The notes beneath the pieces were generated by a model. It saw only the letters and a program-made list of their open reading frames with translations, ran no database searches and was not told where the DNA came from. Below are positions 26,427 to 37,100 of a DNA stretch of 64,000 bases, piece after piece (within the stretch, counting starts at the first letter, position 1; every line of letters begins with the position of its first letter). This stretch comes from an uncultured Clostridia bacterium (GTDB taxonomy: Bacteria > Bacillota > Clostridia > Christensenellales > UBA1242): assembly GCA_944383375.1 (NCBI GenBank), contig CALWPG010000003.1, positions 339-64,338 on the forward strand, written 5' to 3'. The translations under genes were made by a program, and so were the position numbers.

Positions 26427-28709
26427 ATGAAAAAGCAAAAATTTTTGTATTCCTTTTGTAAATATACATTATTCTTTGGAGTGTTTTATCTTTTGGCAAG
26501 AGCACAAATAGACAATATCTTAAATCCCTTTTCTTTTGGAATGTTCTTTGCACTCGTTTGGTGTAATCAAAATATTTTGATTTTGTCACCATTATACATT
26601 GGTGCGTCATATCTATCATATTTTTCTCTGTTTGATTTGTATGGAGCAATTGCAACTTGTCTTGTTATGATTTTGATATATGGCATACATTTAAAACTTA
26701 ACAAACGTATCATGCCAAGACTTATGATACTTTATGTTATTCTAAGTCAGGGAGTAAGTGTGTTTTTAGACTTGTACATGGGAAATAGTCCCGTCGTGGT
26801 TTTTGTCGAACTAGTGTTTGGGCTTTTGTACACATTTATTCTTATGAAATTGTTTGAAAGCATTTTAAGTGTTGGTTTTGTTAAGAAATTCACGCTGACA
26901 AAAGCCATTTGCTTTGGGGTTTTTTTGCTTTCAATTTCTTGTGCGCTGAGAAGTGTTGAAGTGTATGATTTTGATTTTGCAAAACTTTTCATACTGCTTT
27001 GCACAATGTTTTCAAGTATTGTTTTGCCACTTACGGAAGGTGGGTTTGTAGTGACAATGCTGTCTCTAGGCACACTGCTTTATGACAATAATACATACCT
27101 TGTTGCTCCAATGCTTATGATATTTTTAATAGCATCATGCTTTAGAGGGAAACATCGAATTTTTGCCATACTATCCATGCTGGTTGTGGAATGTATGAAT
27201 GTTTATTATTTTAACTTTTATTATTCTACCTCACTTGTTGTTTTTCTGCCATGTCTAATTTGTGCCGTCATGACACTTGCTCTGCCCAAAAAATACTATG
27301 CGAAACTGAGTGAGCAATACAATTCAAGTTTTGCAAATCGAAGCCTAGAAAGTGTGATAAATCGCACACAAAATGCCATACATAATAGACTTTTAAAACT
27401 CTCTCAAGTCTTTTCCGAAATGGATAAGGTATTTAGAAGCATGATAAAGGGTAGGGCAAGCGAAGAGGAACTAAAAGCGCTTATGCTAACGGAATTAAAG
27501 GGAAAAACTTGTGTTGATTGTCCTGAAAAAAACAGATGTCACAAATTGTACTATGACGAAACAGAGAAAACACTAAAGATGCTAATTGACAAGGCATTTT
27601 CAAATGGCAGAGTGACGCTTATTGACTTGCCGACCACCTTGACGGGAAGATGTTTCAAAGTAAACCAATTGGTTTATTGTGTCAATGAACTCATCGCTCA
27701 GTACAAAAGTTATGCCACGCTTGTTGGAAACATTGATGCCAGCAAAGTGCTGATAAGTGAGCAGTTATATGGTGTCAGTGATGTGCTGAAAAAGCTTTCT
27801 GAAGAGACTAAAAAAACTGTAGATTTCGATGATGGACTTGAAAAGAGCATAAGTGATGAACTTCTCTACAATGATATTGTGTGTAGCGATGTTATAGTGT
27901 ATCACAAAAATGAGAATATAGTTTCTTGCACACTTGAAGTAAAAAAAGAAGATAGTTTAAAAGCGAAGATAACACAAATAGTATCAAAAGTCTGCAAAAC
28001 AAAAATGATTGTTGACAGTGAAAACACCAGTCCTCATGCTGGTTGGCAAATTCTCACCTTAAAAAATGCACCAAAATTTGATGTAATCTTTGGAACTAGT
28101 GCATGCACAAAATCCTCTTCATCAAAAAGTGGCGACACATATTCACTCATAAGATTGGAAGAAGGAAAAATACTCATGGCACTTTGCGATGGTATGGGAA
28201 GTGGCGAAAAAGCACAAGCCACAAGCACGACTGCCATTTCCCTGGTGGAAAACTTTTACAAAGCAGGTTTTCAAAGCGATATTATTCTCTCCTGTGTCAA
28301 TAAATTTTTGTCTCTCGGTGGTCAAGATACCTTTTCATGCCTAGACATGAGCATAATAGATCTAAACAGCGGATGCGTTGACTTTGTCAAGCTTGGTGCC
28401 ACAATGGGCTTTATCAAACACAACGACACCATAAGTGCCATAGAGTGCGAAAGTCTGCCACTTGGAATTGTATCTTCTCTCACCCCAACAATAAAATCTA
28501 CAATGATAAGAAGTGGAGATATGATAGTGCTTGCAACAGATGGTGTTGCAGATAGCTTTGCAAGCGATGAAATTTACACCGACTATATAAACAACATACA
28601 CACGTTAAATCCTCAGGAACTTGCGGACAAACTTATGGATAAGGCACTTGAAAACAATCACGGAGTGGCACTTGACGACATGACAATCCTTGTGGCAAAA
28701 ATATTTTAA
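26427..28709 (+). CDS. spoIIE: Stage II sporulation protein E-like (polytopic membrane domain plus PP2C phosphatase)
   Basis: About 10 TM segments over 320 aa, a central domain, then PP2C motifs SGDTYSL..ALCDGMGSGEKA..VLATDGV..DDMTILV. Confidence 0.8.
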   Translation: MKKQKFLYSFCKYTLFFGVFYLLARAQIDNILNPFSFGMFFALVWCNQNILILSPLYIGASYLSYFSLFDLYGAIATCLVMILIYGIHLKLNKRIMPRLMILYVILSQGVSVFLDLYMGNSPVVVFVELVFGLLYTFILMKLFESILSVGFVKKFTLTKAICFGVFLLSISCALRSVEVYDFDFAKLFILLCTMFSSIVLPLTEGGFVVTMLSLGTLLYDNNTYLVAPMLMIFLIASCFRGKHRIFAILSMLVVECMNVYYFNFYYSTSLVVFLPCLICAVMTLALPKKYYAKLSEQYNSSFANRSLESVINRTQNAIHNRLLKLSQVFSEMDKVFRSMIKGRASEEELKALMLTELKGKTCVDCPEKNRCHKLYYDETEKTLKMLIDKAFSNGRVTLIDLPTTLTGRCFKVNQLVYCVNELIAQYKSYATLVGNIDASKVLISEQLYGVSDVLKKLSEETKKTVDFDDGLEKSISDELLYNDIVCSDVIVYHKNENIVSCTLEVKKEDSLKAKITQIVSKVCKTKMIVDSENTSPHAGWQILTLKNAPKFDVIFGTSACTKSSSSKSGDTYSLIRLEEGKILMALCDGMGSGEKAQATSTTAISLVENFYKAGFQSDIILSCVNKFLSLGGQDTFSCLDMSIIDLNSGCVDFVKLGATMGFIKHNDTISAIECESLPLGIVSSLTPTIKSTMIRSGDMIVLATDGVADSFASDEIYTDYINNIHTLNPQELADKLMDKALENNHGVALDDMTILVAKIF

Positions 28710-28740
28710 AAAAATACACCTAAAGTGGTGTATTTTTTTA
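28708..28740. terminator. Bidirectional terminator between spoIIE and the ABC remnant
   Basis: A6-ATACACC-TAAAGT-GGTGTAT-T6. Confidence 0.75.
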
Positions 28741-29250
28741 ATTTAAATTTTCAGCATAGAACATGTTTTTAAATTTCATATTGTTTTCAAAAAGTTCATC
28801 AAAAGTGCCAATATCCTCTATTTTTCCATTGTCTAAAAAGAAAATTTTATCAACATTTCGTATTGTAGAAAGCCTGTGAGCAACGATGACAATTGTACTT
28901 TTACCCTTGAGATTATCTATTGATTTTTTGATGTCCTCTTGTGCAAAGTTATCAAGTGAACTCGTGCTTTCGTCGAAAATTATGATTGGTGAATTTCTTA
29001 GCAAAGCTCTTGCAAACGCAAGCCTTTGTTTTTGTCCCCCAGAAAGCTTGATTCCACTTTCGCCACCTTTGGTTAAAACTCCCTTTTTTAGTGTTGAAAC
29101 AAACTCGCCAAGTGATGCTCTTTCAATTGCGTTATTTATTTCATCATCAGTGGCATCTTTTTTTGCAAGTAGTAAATTATCTTTGATCGTCATAAGACGC
29201 TTAGAAATTCCATATCTGTTGAAAGTGAAATCTTTTTCACCCTTTATATG
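28738..29250 (-). pseudogene. 5'-truncated ABC transporter ATP-binding domain remnant
   Basis: The ORF (151 aa) starts after the Q-loop (..TIKDNLL..) and keeps LSGGQKQRLAFARA and IIIFDESTSSLD, but there is no Walker A or TMD. The in-frame upstream sequence hits TAG at about 29256, and the next 170 bp are non-coding. Confidence 0.7.
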
Positions 29251-29422
29251 TGACTAAATAGAACCATTCGTATGGCTAATTTTGTTGTTAAGTTGTAAAA
29301 ATTTTGCGATTATAACCATTTTGAATAGTTCTCCTTTTTTTAAATTTTAATTTTTGAAGTATGGTTGCAACTTCATTCGACAATATAAAAATATCAGCAT
29401 TAACCAATTTTGTCAATATGTT

Positions 29423-29932
29423 TTAAAAAAATTGTTGCCCTTCAAACTTTAATAGCCACTGTTTTTTGTCCAAACCTGCAGCAAAGTCCACCAAAGCACC
29501 ATTTTTGCCAATCACCCTGTGGCAGGGCACGATGATGATAAATTTATTTCTTGCCACTACATTTGCAACGGCGCGAGCATAGCTTGTATTTTTGTTTAAT
29601 TTTTGTGAGACACGCTTTGCAACTTGTTGATATGAAAGCGTTTCTCCGTAAGGTATTTCAAGAAGAATTTCTCTCACCACATTTGCAAAGTTTGTCTTGG
29701 CAGGTTGCAACAAAAGCTGTTTTGGATGAGGTTTTTGTCCAGAAAAATAGTTGTCATACCACTCTTTTGTTTTCTCAAAGATTGGCAAATTGTCATTGCG
29801 CACGCAGTGAGATATGTCCAAACAATTTTTTTGGTTTTCAAAAAATGAGGATACCAAAACTTCGCCGTCACTCACCAAATATATTTTTCCAAGTTTGCAT
29901 GTGTATGTTGTGTAATATAATTTTGTGTTCAT
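29423..29932 (-). CDS. ogt: Methylated-DNA-protein-cysteine methyltransferase
   Basis: Active site IIVPCHRVIG. Confidence 0.9.
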   Translation of the reverse strand: MNTKLYYTTYTCKLGKIYLVSDGEVLVSSFFENQKNCLDISHCVRNDNLPIFEKTKEWYDNYFSGQKPHPKQLLLQPAKTNFANVVREILLEIPYGETLSYQQVAKRVSQKLNKNTSYARAVANVVARNKFIIIVPCHRVIGKNGALVDFAAGLDKKQWLLKFEGQQFF

Positions 29933-30026
29933 ATCTTAATTATAAACCAAACCAAATTTTTCGCAAACAATAAAAGTTGATTTGATTATTTAAAAATGTT
30001 ATAATGTATAAAAGGAGGGTGCAAAA

Positions 30027-30626
30027 GTGGAACTTAAATCAATATTAAAACAAGAAATTCAAAAGTTAAAAAGATGTGAAAGACTGCTTAAAAATGTAAA
30101 AGTTTTGTATTGGAAGAAAGAAAATGCTGTACACACCATTGACCTTTATGACAAAAATAATGAGGACATGATTACTCGCATTGAGCTTAGGCACCAAATA
30201 AGAAAAATCAACAAGCAAATAAATTTTTGTTTGATAGAAAAGTTAAAAAGTCAAAATATCGACCCAAAACCATACATGAAAAACTATTGGAATGAAATCG
30301 TGCAGGGGTTTGCACTCGCACACAACAAATACAAAACTGAAGATTCCTTTCAAAAAGCTTTTCTGTATGATAAAAACAGCAAGCTATATCGTCGATTTCA
30401 AGATTGTATAACTGCGGGCACGATGAGAAATTACATAATATATTTGAGAAACTATCTTGATTACCTTTCCACAATGAGACATGAAGAAGCGCTTAGTCAA
30501 GCAAAAAAAGAACTTGAAAAAGACAAGACAAACTATGTAAAATATCAAGAACCTGCACTGCCGCTGAATTGGGCAGATATATATGAACAAATAAAGTATT
30601 TAAAAAGTAAGGACATGCAATTATAA
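30027..30626 (+). CDS. Hypothetical protein (199 aa, helical, basic)
   Basis: GTG start behind AAGGAGGG. No family recognised. Confidence 0.5.
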   Translation: MELKSILKQEIQKLKRCERLLKNVKVLYWKKENAVHTIDLYDKNNEDMITRIELRHQIRKINKQINFCLIEKLKSQNIDPKPYMKNYWNEIVQGFALAHNKYKTEDSFQKAFLYDKNSKLYRRFQDCITAGTMRNYIIYLRNYLDYLSTMRHEEALSQAKKELEKDKTNYVKYQEPALPLNWADIYEQIKYLKSKDMQL

Positions 30627-30641
30627 ATCTTAAAGAAATAG

Positions 30642-31217
30642 TTATATAATTTCTTCAGCTTTCAATATGTCAAAAAGTTTGTGGGTTGGAAGACCTATGA
30701 TTGTGCTTAAATTGCCTTTTATCTTTTCAACAAAGACGTTGGATATCCCTTGAACTGCGTATGAACCTGCTTTGTCTTTGTATTCGTCAAAACCAAGATA
30801 CCAGTCTATGTCTTGTTGTGTAAGTCTTTTGAATTTGACTTTTGTTTTGTCACACAGGACATATTTTTTTATCTTTTCACCTTTTTGGATCAAAACAGCA
30901 AGCCCCGTATATACGGTGTGCCATCTGTTTGAAAGCAGTTTTAGCATCTCATTTGCCTCTTGTTCTGAGTGTGGCTTGCCAAGCCTCTTGTTTTTGATAG
31001 AAACCATGCAATCACTGCCAATAACAACTCTATCTCCACTAGTCTTGGAAAAAACCTCCTCTGCTTTTTGAAGTGAAAGCTTTTCACAAAGCTTGTTCAT
31101 GCACATCTTTTGTTTTGTGTCTTCATCTTTTAAAGGCACAATAATTTCAAAATCTTTAACTAGTTTTTCCATAAGATCTTTTCGCCTTGGTGAAGAGGAC
31201 GCAAGTATTATTTTCAT
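30642..31217 (-). CDS. maf: Maf-like nucleoside triphosphate pyrophosphatase
   Basis: MKIILASSSPRRKDLM..GSDCMV..GKP..KAGSYAVQG. Confidence 0.9.
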   Translation of the reverse strand: MKIILASSSPRRKDLMEKLVKDFEIIVPLKDEDTKQKMCMNKLCEKLSLQKAEEVFSKTSGDRVVIGSDCMVSIKNKRLGKPHSEQEANEMLKLLSNRWHTVYTGLAVLIQKGEKIKKYVLCDKTKVKFKRLTQQDIDWYLGFDEYKDKAGSYAVQGISNVFVEKIKGNLSTIIGLPTHKLFDILKAEEII

Positions 31218-31272
31218 TTTTTCTCCTGTTTTTTAGTATAAGATATAAAAGATAATTGTCAAGCAATAAAAA

Positions 31273-31303
31273 TTAGCACTCTCATTGTTAAAAAGTTAGC
31301 ACT
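31273..31303 (+). promoter_or_regulatory. Direct repeat of the CIRCE half-site TTAGCACT upstream of the clpB promoter
   Basis: TTAGCACTc at 31273-31281 and TTAGCACTg at 31296-31304, in direct (not inverted) orientation, just 5' of TTGACA 31310-31315. Confidence 0.4.
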
Positions 31304-31309
31304 GAACAC

Positions 31310-31338
31310 TTGACATTGCTAATATAATATGATATAAC
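31310..31338 (+). promoter_or_regulatory. Candidate clpB promoter (TTGACA-17-TATAAC)
   Basis: TTGACA at 31310-31315 and TATAAC at 31333-31338. Confidence 0.5.
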
Positions 31339-31399
31339 ATAGTTGTTTTTGAAAAAAATGGCAATAATTTGTCATGGTTTTCAATTAAGAGGAGTGATT

Positions 31400-33967
31400 A
31401 TGAATATAAACAACTACACACAAAATAGTATAAATATATTAAATTCAGCGCAAAGTTTGGCAACATCTATGCAAAACTCTCAACTTGAAATTGAGCATAT
31501 TTTGTATGAGATGCTTTCTCAGCACTCACTGATCTACGATATATTAAAAAAGATGAATGTAGATGCAAATAAACTACAAAGCGATGTCAAAGAAATTATA
31601 GACGCAATGCCAAAGGTAAGTGGACAGGGGGAAGTATATGCATCAAACACACTTGTAAAGGCATTGAATTTTGCTGAGCAGACGGCGAAGAACATGAAAG
31701 ATGAATATGTTTCGCTTGAGCATATCTTTTTGGGTATACTTGAAAATTTGTCACCAAAGCTTAAAGATATGTTTAAAAGTCACAACATAACAAAAAATGC
31801 TTTTGTGAAAGCACTCTCAAGTGTACGTGGAAACCAAAGAATAACCACAGACAATCCAGAAAGCACATTCAGTGCACTTGAAAAGTATGGAACAGAACTT
31901 GTTTCACTTGCAAGAGAACAAAAAATTGACCCAGTAATTGGCAGGGATAATGAGATAAGAAATGCAATACGAATTCTTTCAAGAAAGACAAAAAATAACC
32001 CAGTACTCATTGGTGAGGCAGGTGTCGGTAAAACTGCCATAGTGGAAGGACTCGCAATAAGAATAGCCAATGGCGATGTTCCAAATTCACTAAAAAATCG
32101 AAAGATTTTTTCACTAGACATGGGTTCACTCGTTGCAGGTGCAAAGTACAGGGGAGAGTTTGAAGAAAGACTCAAAGCTGTGCTCAACGAAATAAAGAAG
32201 TCTGAAGGTGAAATAATAATGTTCATCGATGAACTCCACACCATTGTTGGCGCTGGCAAAAGCGAGGGAGCAATGGACGCAGGCAACTTACTCAAACCAA
32301 TGCTTGCGCGTGGAGAACTTCACTGCATAGGTGCGACTACACTCGATGAGTACCATAAATATATTGAAAAAGACCCAGCACTTGAGCGACGTTTTCAGCC
32401 CGTCATGGTGGATGAGCCAACTGTTGAGGACACCATCGCCATACTTCGTGGGCTTAAAGAACGATACGAAGTTTTTCATGGTGTCAAGATAAGTGACGGT
32501 GCTCTTATATCTGCAGCAACACTTTCAAATAGATATATTAGTGATAGGTTTTTGCCAGACAAGGCGATAGACCTTGTCGATGAAGCTTGTGCCATGGTCA
32601 AGAGCGAAATAGACAGCATGCCTACAGAGATGGACGATATTCGCCACAAGCTCATCAAACTTGAGATAGAGCGTGAAGCACTGAAAAAGGAGACAGACAA
32701 ACTTTCAAAAGAACATCTAGAGGCAATAAACAAACAACATGCTCTTCTTAAGGATCAATTTGATGCTCTTTCTGCAAAATGGCAAAACGAAAAGAAAAAT
32801 ATCGACGAGATGAATAAAGTTAAAGCAGATATTGAAAAGACCAACGCTGAGATTGAAAAGGCAGAAAGAGAATACGATTTAAACAAGGCGGCAATGCTCA
32901 AGTATGATAAACTTCCAAAACTTAAACAACAACTTGAGACATTGGAGAAAAACGAAGACAACAGCATGCTAAAAAGCAAAGTTACAGAGGAAGAGATAGC
33001 ACAAATCGTCAGCCGATGGACGCAGATCCCACTCACAAAACTACTTCAAAGTGACAAAGAGAAATTGCTTAACATGGAAGTTGAACTCCACAAGCGAATC
33101 ATAGGACAAGATGAAGCAGTTAAAAAAGTCAGCGACGCAATCTTAAGGTCACGTGCAGGAATTAGTGACCCAAATCGCCCTATAGGTTCCTTTATGTTCT
33201 TGGGTCCAACAGGAGTTGGAAAAACTGAACTTTGCAAAGCACTTTGCGAGAACTTGTTTGACACAGAAAAGAACTTGATAAGAATAGATATGAGTGAGTA
33301 TATGGAAAAGTACTCGGTATCTCGTCTTCTTGGCGCACCTCCGGGATATGTTGGTTACGAAGAAGGTGGACAACTCACCGAGCAAGTGAGAAGAAAGCCT
33401 TACAGTGTCATATTGTTTGATGAAATAGAAAAGGCGCATAAAGATGTCTTCAACGTACTTCTTCAAATCCTTGATGACGGCAGAGTCACTGACGGACAGG
33501 GAAGGACAGTTGATTTTAAAAACACAATAATAATACTCACTTCCAACCTTGGCGCAGATGAGATCATGCAGGGAATTCGAGCAAATGGAACACTCAGTGA
33601 TGAATGCGTTCAAAATGTCAATGCTCTTTTAAAACAATACTTTAGACCAGAATTTTTGAACAGACTTGATGAGATAATATTCTTTAAACCACTGACAAAA
33701 GCACAAATAAAAGAGATTGTTGATCTTCAACTTGACAAACTTGCACAAAGGCTAGAAGATAGGCAATTAAAACTAGTTGTGACCGACAGTGCAAAAGAAT
33801 ATATAATTGATCAAGGCTATGACATAAGCTATGGTGCAAGACCACTAAAAAGATTTATTCAAAACAACATTGAAACACTTGTTGCAAAATATATGTTGTC
33901 TACAGATATTGGGCCAGACGCAACAATAACAGTTGATGTAAATGACGGCGAAATTGTGGTGAGATGA
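31400..33967 (+). CDS. clpB: ATP-dependent chaperone ClpB
   Basis: Two AAA modules (GEAGVGKTAIVEG; GPTGVGKTELCKAL) with a long coiled-coil middle domain. Start moved to ATG 31400 (RBS AGAGGAG). Confidence 0.95.
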   Translation: MNINNYTQNSINILNSAQSLATSMQNSQLEIEHILYEMLSQHSLIYDILKKMNVDANKLQSDVKEIIDAMPKVSGQGEVYASNTLVKALNFAEQTAKNMKDEYVSLEHIFLGILENLSPKLKDMFKSHNITKNAFVKALSSVRGNQRITTDNPESTFSALEKYGTELVSLAREQKIDPVIGRDNEIRNAIRILSRKTKNNPVLIGEAGVGKTAIVEGLAIRIANGDVPNSLKNRKIFSLDMGSLVAGAKYRGEFEERLKAVLNEIKKSEGEIIMFIDELHTIVGAGKSEGAMDAGNLLKPMLARGELHCIGATTLDEYHKYIEKDPALERRFQPVMVDEPTVEDTIAILRGLKERYEVFHGVKISDGALISAATLSNRYISDRFLPDKAIDLVDEACAMVKSEIDSMPTEMDDIRHKLIKLEIEREALKKETDKLSKEHLEAINKQHALLKDQFDALSAKWQNEKKNIDEMNKVKADIEKTNAEIEKAEREYDLNKAAMLKYDKLPKLKQQLETLEKNEDNSMLKSKVTEEEIAQIVSRWTQIPLTKLLQSDKEKLLNMEVELHKRIIGQDEAVKKVSDAILRSRAGISDPNRPIGSFMFLGPTGVGKTELCKALCENLFDTEKNLIRIDMSEYMEKYSVSRLLGAPPGYVGYEEGGQLTEQVRRKPYSVILFDEIEKAHKDVFNVLLQILDDGRVTDGQGRTVDFKNTIIILTSNLGADEIMQGIRANGTLSDECVQNVNALLKQYFRPEFLNRLDEIIFFKPLTKAQIKEIVDLQLDKLAQRLEDRQLKLVVTDSAKEYIIDQGYDISYGARPLKRFIQNNIETLVAKYMLSTDIGPDATITVDVNDGEIVVR

Positions 33968-34001
33968 TATATGACGGCGACTTGCGCAAACGTTGTTTGT
34001 A

Positions 34002-34035
34002 ATATGCGAAAGCAGATGCTTTCGCATATTTTTTT
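34002..34035 (+). terminator. Strong intrinsic terminator after clpB
   Basis: ATATGCGAAAGC-AGAT-GCTTTCGCATAT (12 bp perfect) plus T6, nested inside outer complementarity GGCGACT(33976)/AGTCGCC(34052). Confidence 0.85.
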
Positions 34036-34137
34036 GCTTTAGCAAAAAGCGAGTCGCCTATTATTTAGCCCAAATATTTTTTTTCATCACTTGAAAAAAT
34101 CTTCTATGTTATATATACTATGTTTAGTAGGATAAAG

Positions 34138-37100
34138 ATGAAAAGTATATATACATATTACAAGGAAAGACTTATTGAAATAAGTGGTAAAAACAGAAGT
34201 TTATACCTAAAATCTTTCAACAAAAAAAATGGCTATGACATCGGCAGAATTTTGACCTTTGATCAAGAGAAGTTAAATAGGCTTGTCGATATCTTTTGGG
34301 ATGGGAAAAATGTAGTATATAACCTTGTTGGCAAGGATACAAAAGAGGATATTGTAAGGGCATCTAATATTCAGTTGAGGTTCCCAGACAAAACTTTTGA
34401 AAATGAAAAGGACAAAGCAAAGTATGAGCGTCAAAAACGCGAGTACTCTAAACGAGTTGTCCAAAGTGAAGTTAATTCTCTCAAAGCTCTAAAACGCGAG
34501 ATAGATGAAATAGAGAAAGAAACGGGTAGATACGAACTATTTTTGTGCTACCCATTTGTCTATGGAACTTTAAAAAACTACACCTTTAAAGCTCCACTTG
34601 TAATGTTTCCAGTAGTCATTGATATAGTTGACGAAAGCACTGTAAACATCTACCCAAAGTCGGGCGAGAATGTGCAGTTAAACAAAGCACTTCTTCTTGC
34701 TTTTGCCGACGCACTTCATCTTAACTTAGAGGATTTAGATTTGGAGTATGATTGCCTTGGCTCGCGTTTTAAGGACATATCTTCGCTCATTGCATACCTC
34801 AAAAATTTTGGAATAAAAATTGACTATTCTCCACGCAAAAAAGTTTTTGATTTCAATCACTATGGCGAACCTGGAAATTTGGATTCTCCAGAAGTAAAGC
34901 ATACTTGCCTTTTGGCACGTTGCAGTCTTGCAAACTCCATATACTCTGACTATTCAAGCCTTGAAAAAAAACATCTTGCAAATGACAGCATAAATGAACT
35001 TTTAAACACAAAAAAAGTTAAGCACAAGCCTCAAAAATGTGAAAATTTGTATCTTATAAACAATGTCGACTATGCTCAAGAACAAGTTGTAAGAAAAGTA
35101 AACGAGCAGGGCAATATGGTAATTTATGGGCCACCAGGAACGGGCAAGAGCCAAACCATAGTCAATGTAATTTCAGATGCAATTTGCAAGGGTAAAAAGG
35201 TGCTTGTGGTATCTCAAAAGAAAGCAGCCATGGAAGTTGTGTTTAACCGTCTTGCAGCCTTAAATCAAAAGGCAATGTTTTTAACAGATGCCGAAAAAGA
35301 AAGGCGAAACTTCTATGAAAGATGTTTCAAGATGCATACAGTTTCCGAAAATATGTCATATGATGAAAATTTATTTAAAGAATATGATGATGTGACACAA
35401 AAATTAAATAATGAAATCAATAATTTAAACATCATCTCAAATGTACTGACACAAAAGACAGATTTTGGCATATCGCTTCAAACCATGTACTATAACTCCT
35501 TTAAAATTGGCAAACGCAGTGGCGAGTATCCAATCTACAAGGCCATGGTTAAAGATAAGACACTTATGAAGTTAAATTATGAAGAGCTTTCATCAGCGCT
35601 TGAAATAGTCAACGAAAAAAATAAGGCAGAGATATACTATAACTTTGTGGAGGAGAAAAAGAAAAATCCTTTCATTGATCATTTAAAAAATGAGTTAAGC
35701 GTTCATGATGTTGCAATAGCACAATCAAGGCTTAGAAGTCTTTGCTCACAGCGTATGGCACTTTTTGACCTTGCTAACCACAAGTACTCGCGTGAGGTTT
35801 TGACATATTACTCGCGTGCAAAGAGCTATCAGGACATGAAGCCACTTGCCAAAATGATAGCACGTTTTGAACAACCGAAGACATACAATCTACTTAAGAC
35901 AAGTTATGTTCTTTTGCCAATGTATCCATTTGCAAAAATTAAGATGAATAAAATTGAAAATGAAATTTATGACACTTTCAAAACCACCATATCAGCGATG
36001 GATGAGTATATTGCCGACTATGAGTTTTTAAAGAACATATTAACCGATAGTGGCTATGTAATGGCAATAGATGGCATACTCAACGGCAATAGTCAAATAC
36101 TAAGGCTGCTACTTAATGCCGTTGAAAACTATATTGAACAACGCGATGTTTTGACACTTTTAAACAGCCTTTCGAAAAATCAAAAGATAGTTCTTGACTT
36201 TGCATACAAAAATTCAAGTAACTATACAAAATATAAATTTACTCTTGAAAAACTATTGCCAATAAGAATTTATCATGAAGTAGTAAAATGTGAGGACAGT
36301 CAAAAAGAAATATTATCTAGAATGGTTGACTTTGAAAATATTCGTGCAAGAATTGTCACACTAAAACAAAAACAAAATGAAGTTAGTAAAAAGATTGCGC
36401 TCCAAAGTTTTTGTCCAGACTACCAAAAACTTATGGATGGCTCGCCAAAGAGCAAGGACTATCTATACCAAATTTCTAAAAAGCAAAACTTTTGGCCAAT
36501 AAGAAAGACAATGGATATCTATGGAGATTATCTATTCAAACTTTTCCCTTGCTGGTTACTATCTCCTGAAAATGTTTCCACAATTCTTCCACTCAAAAAG
36601 GACATGTTCGACATCGTGCTCTTTGATGAGGCTAGCCAGGTGTTTATAGAAAATACCATACCTACCATTTACCGTGGTAAGACCGTTGTTGTTGCAGGTG
36701 ACGCAAAACAGCTTAGACCAACCACAACATTTATGAAGAGGTACATGGGTAGTACTGTTGATGAGGATGTCGACTATTCAGTTCAGGCCGCATTGGAAGT
36801 TGAAAGCCTTTTGGACCTAGCAGTTTCTCGTTTTCAAAGTACAAACATAACATATCACTATCGTAGCCAAAATGAGGAATTAATCGATTTTTCAAACAGC
36901 GCATTTTATAATAGTACACTACAAATTGCGCCAAACATATCCAAAAATATAAAGCATAAACCGATAGAACGCATTTTGGTTGATGGTACATGGCGTGATA
37001 GAAAGAACATTGCTGAGGCACAAAAAGTTGTTGAACTTGTAAAAAATATACTAAAGACCAGAAAAAATGGCGAAACCATTGGAATTATAACTTTCAATGT

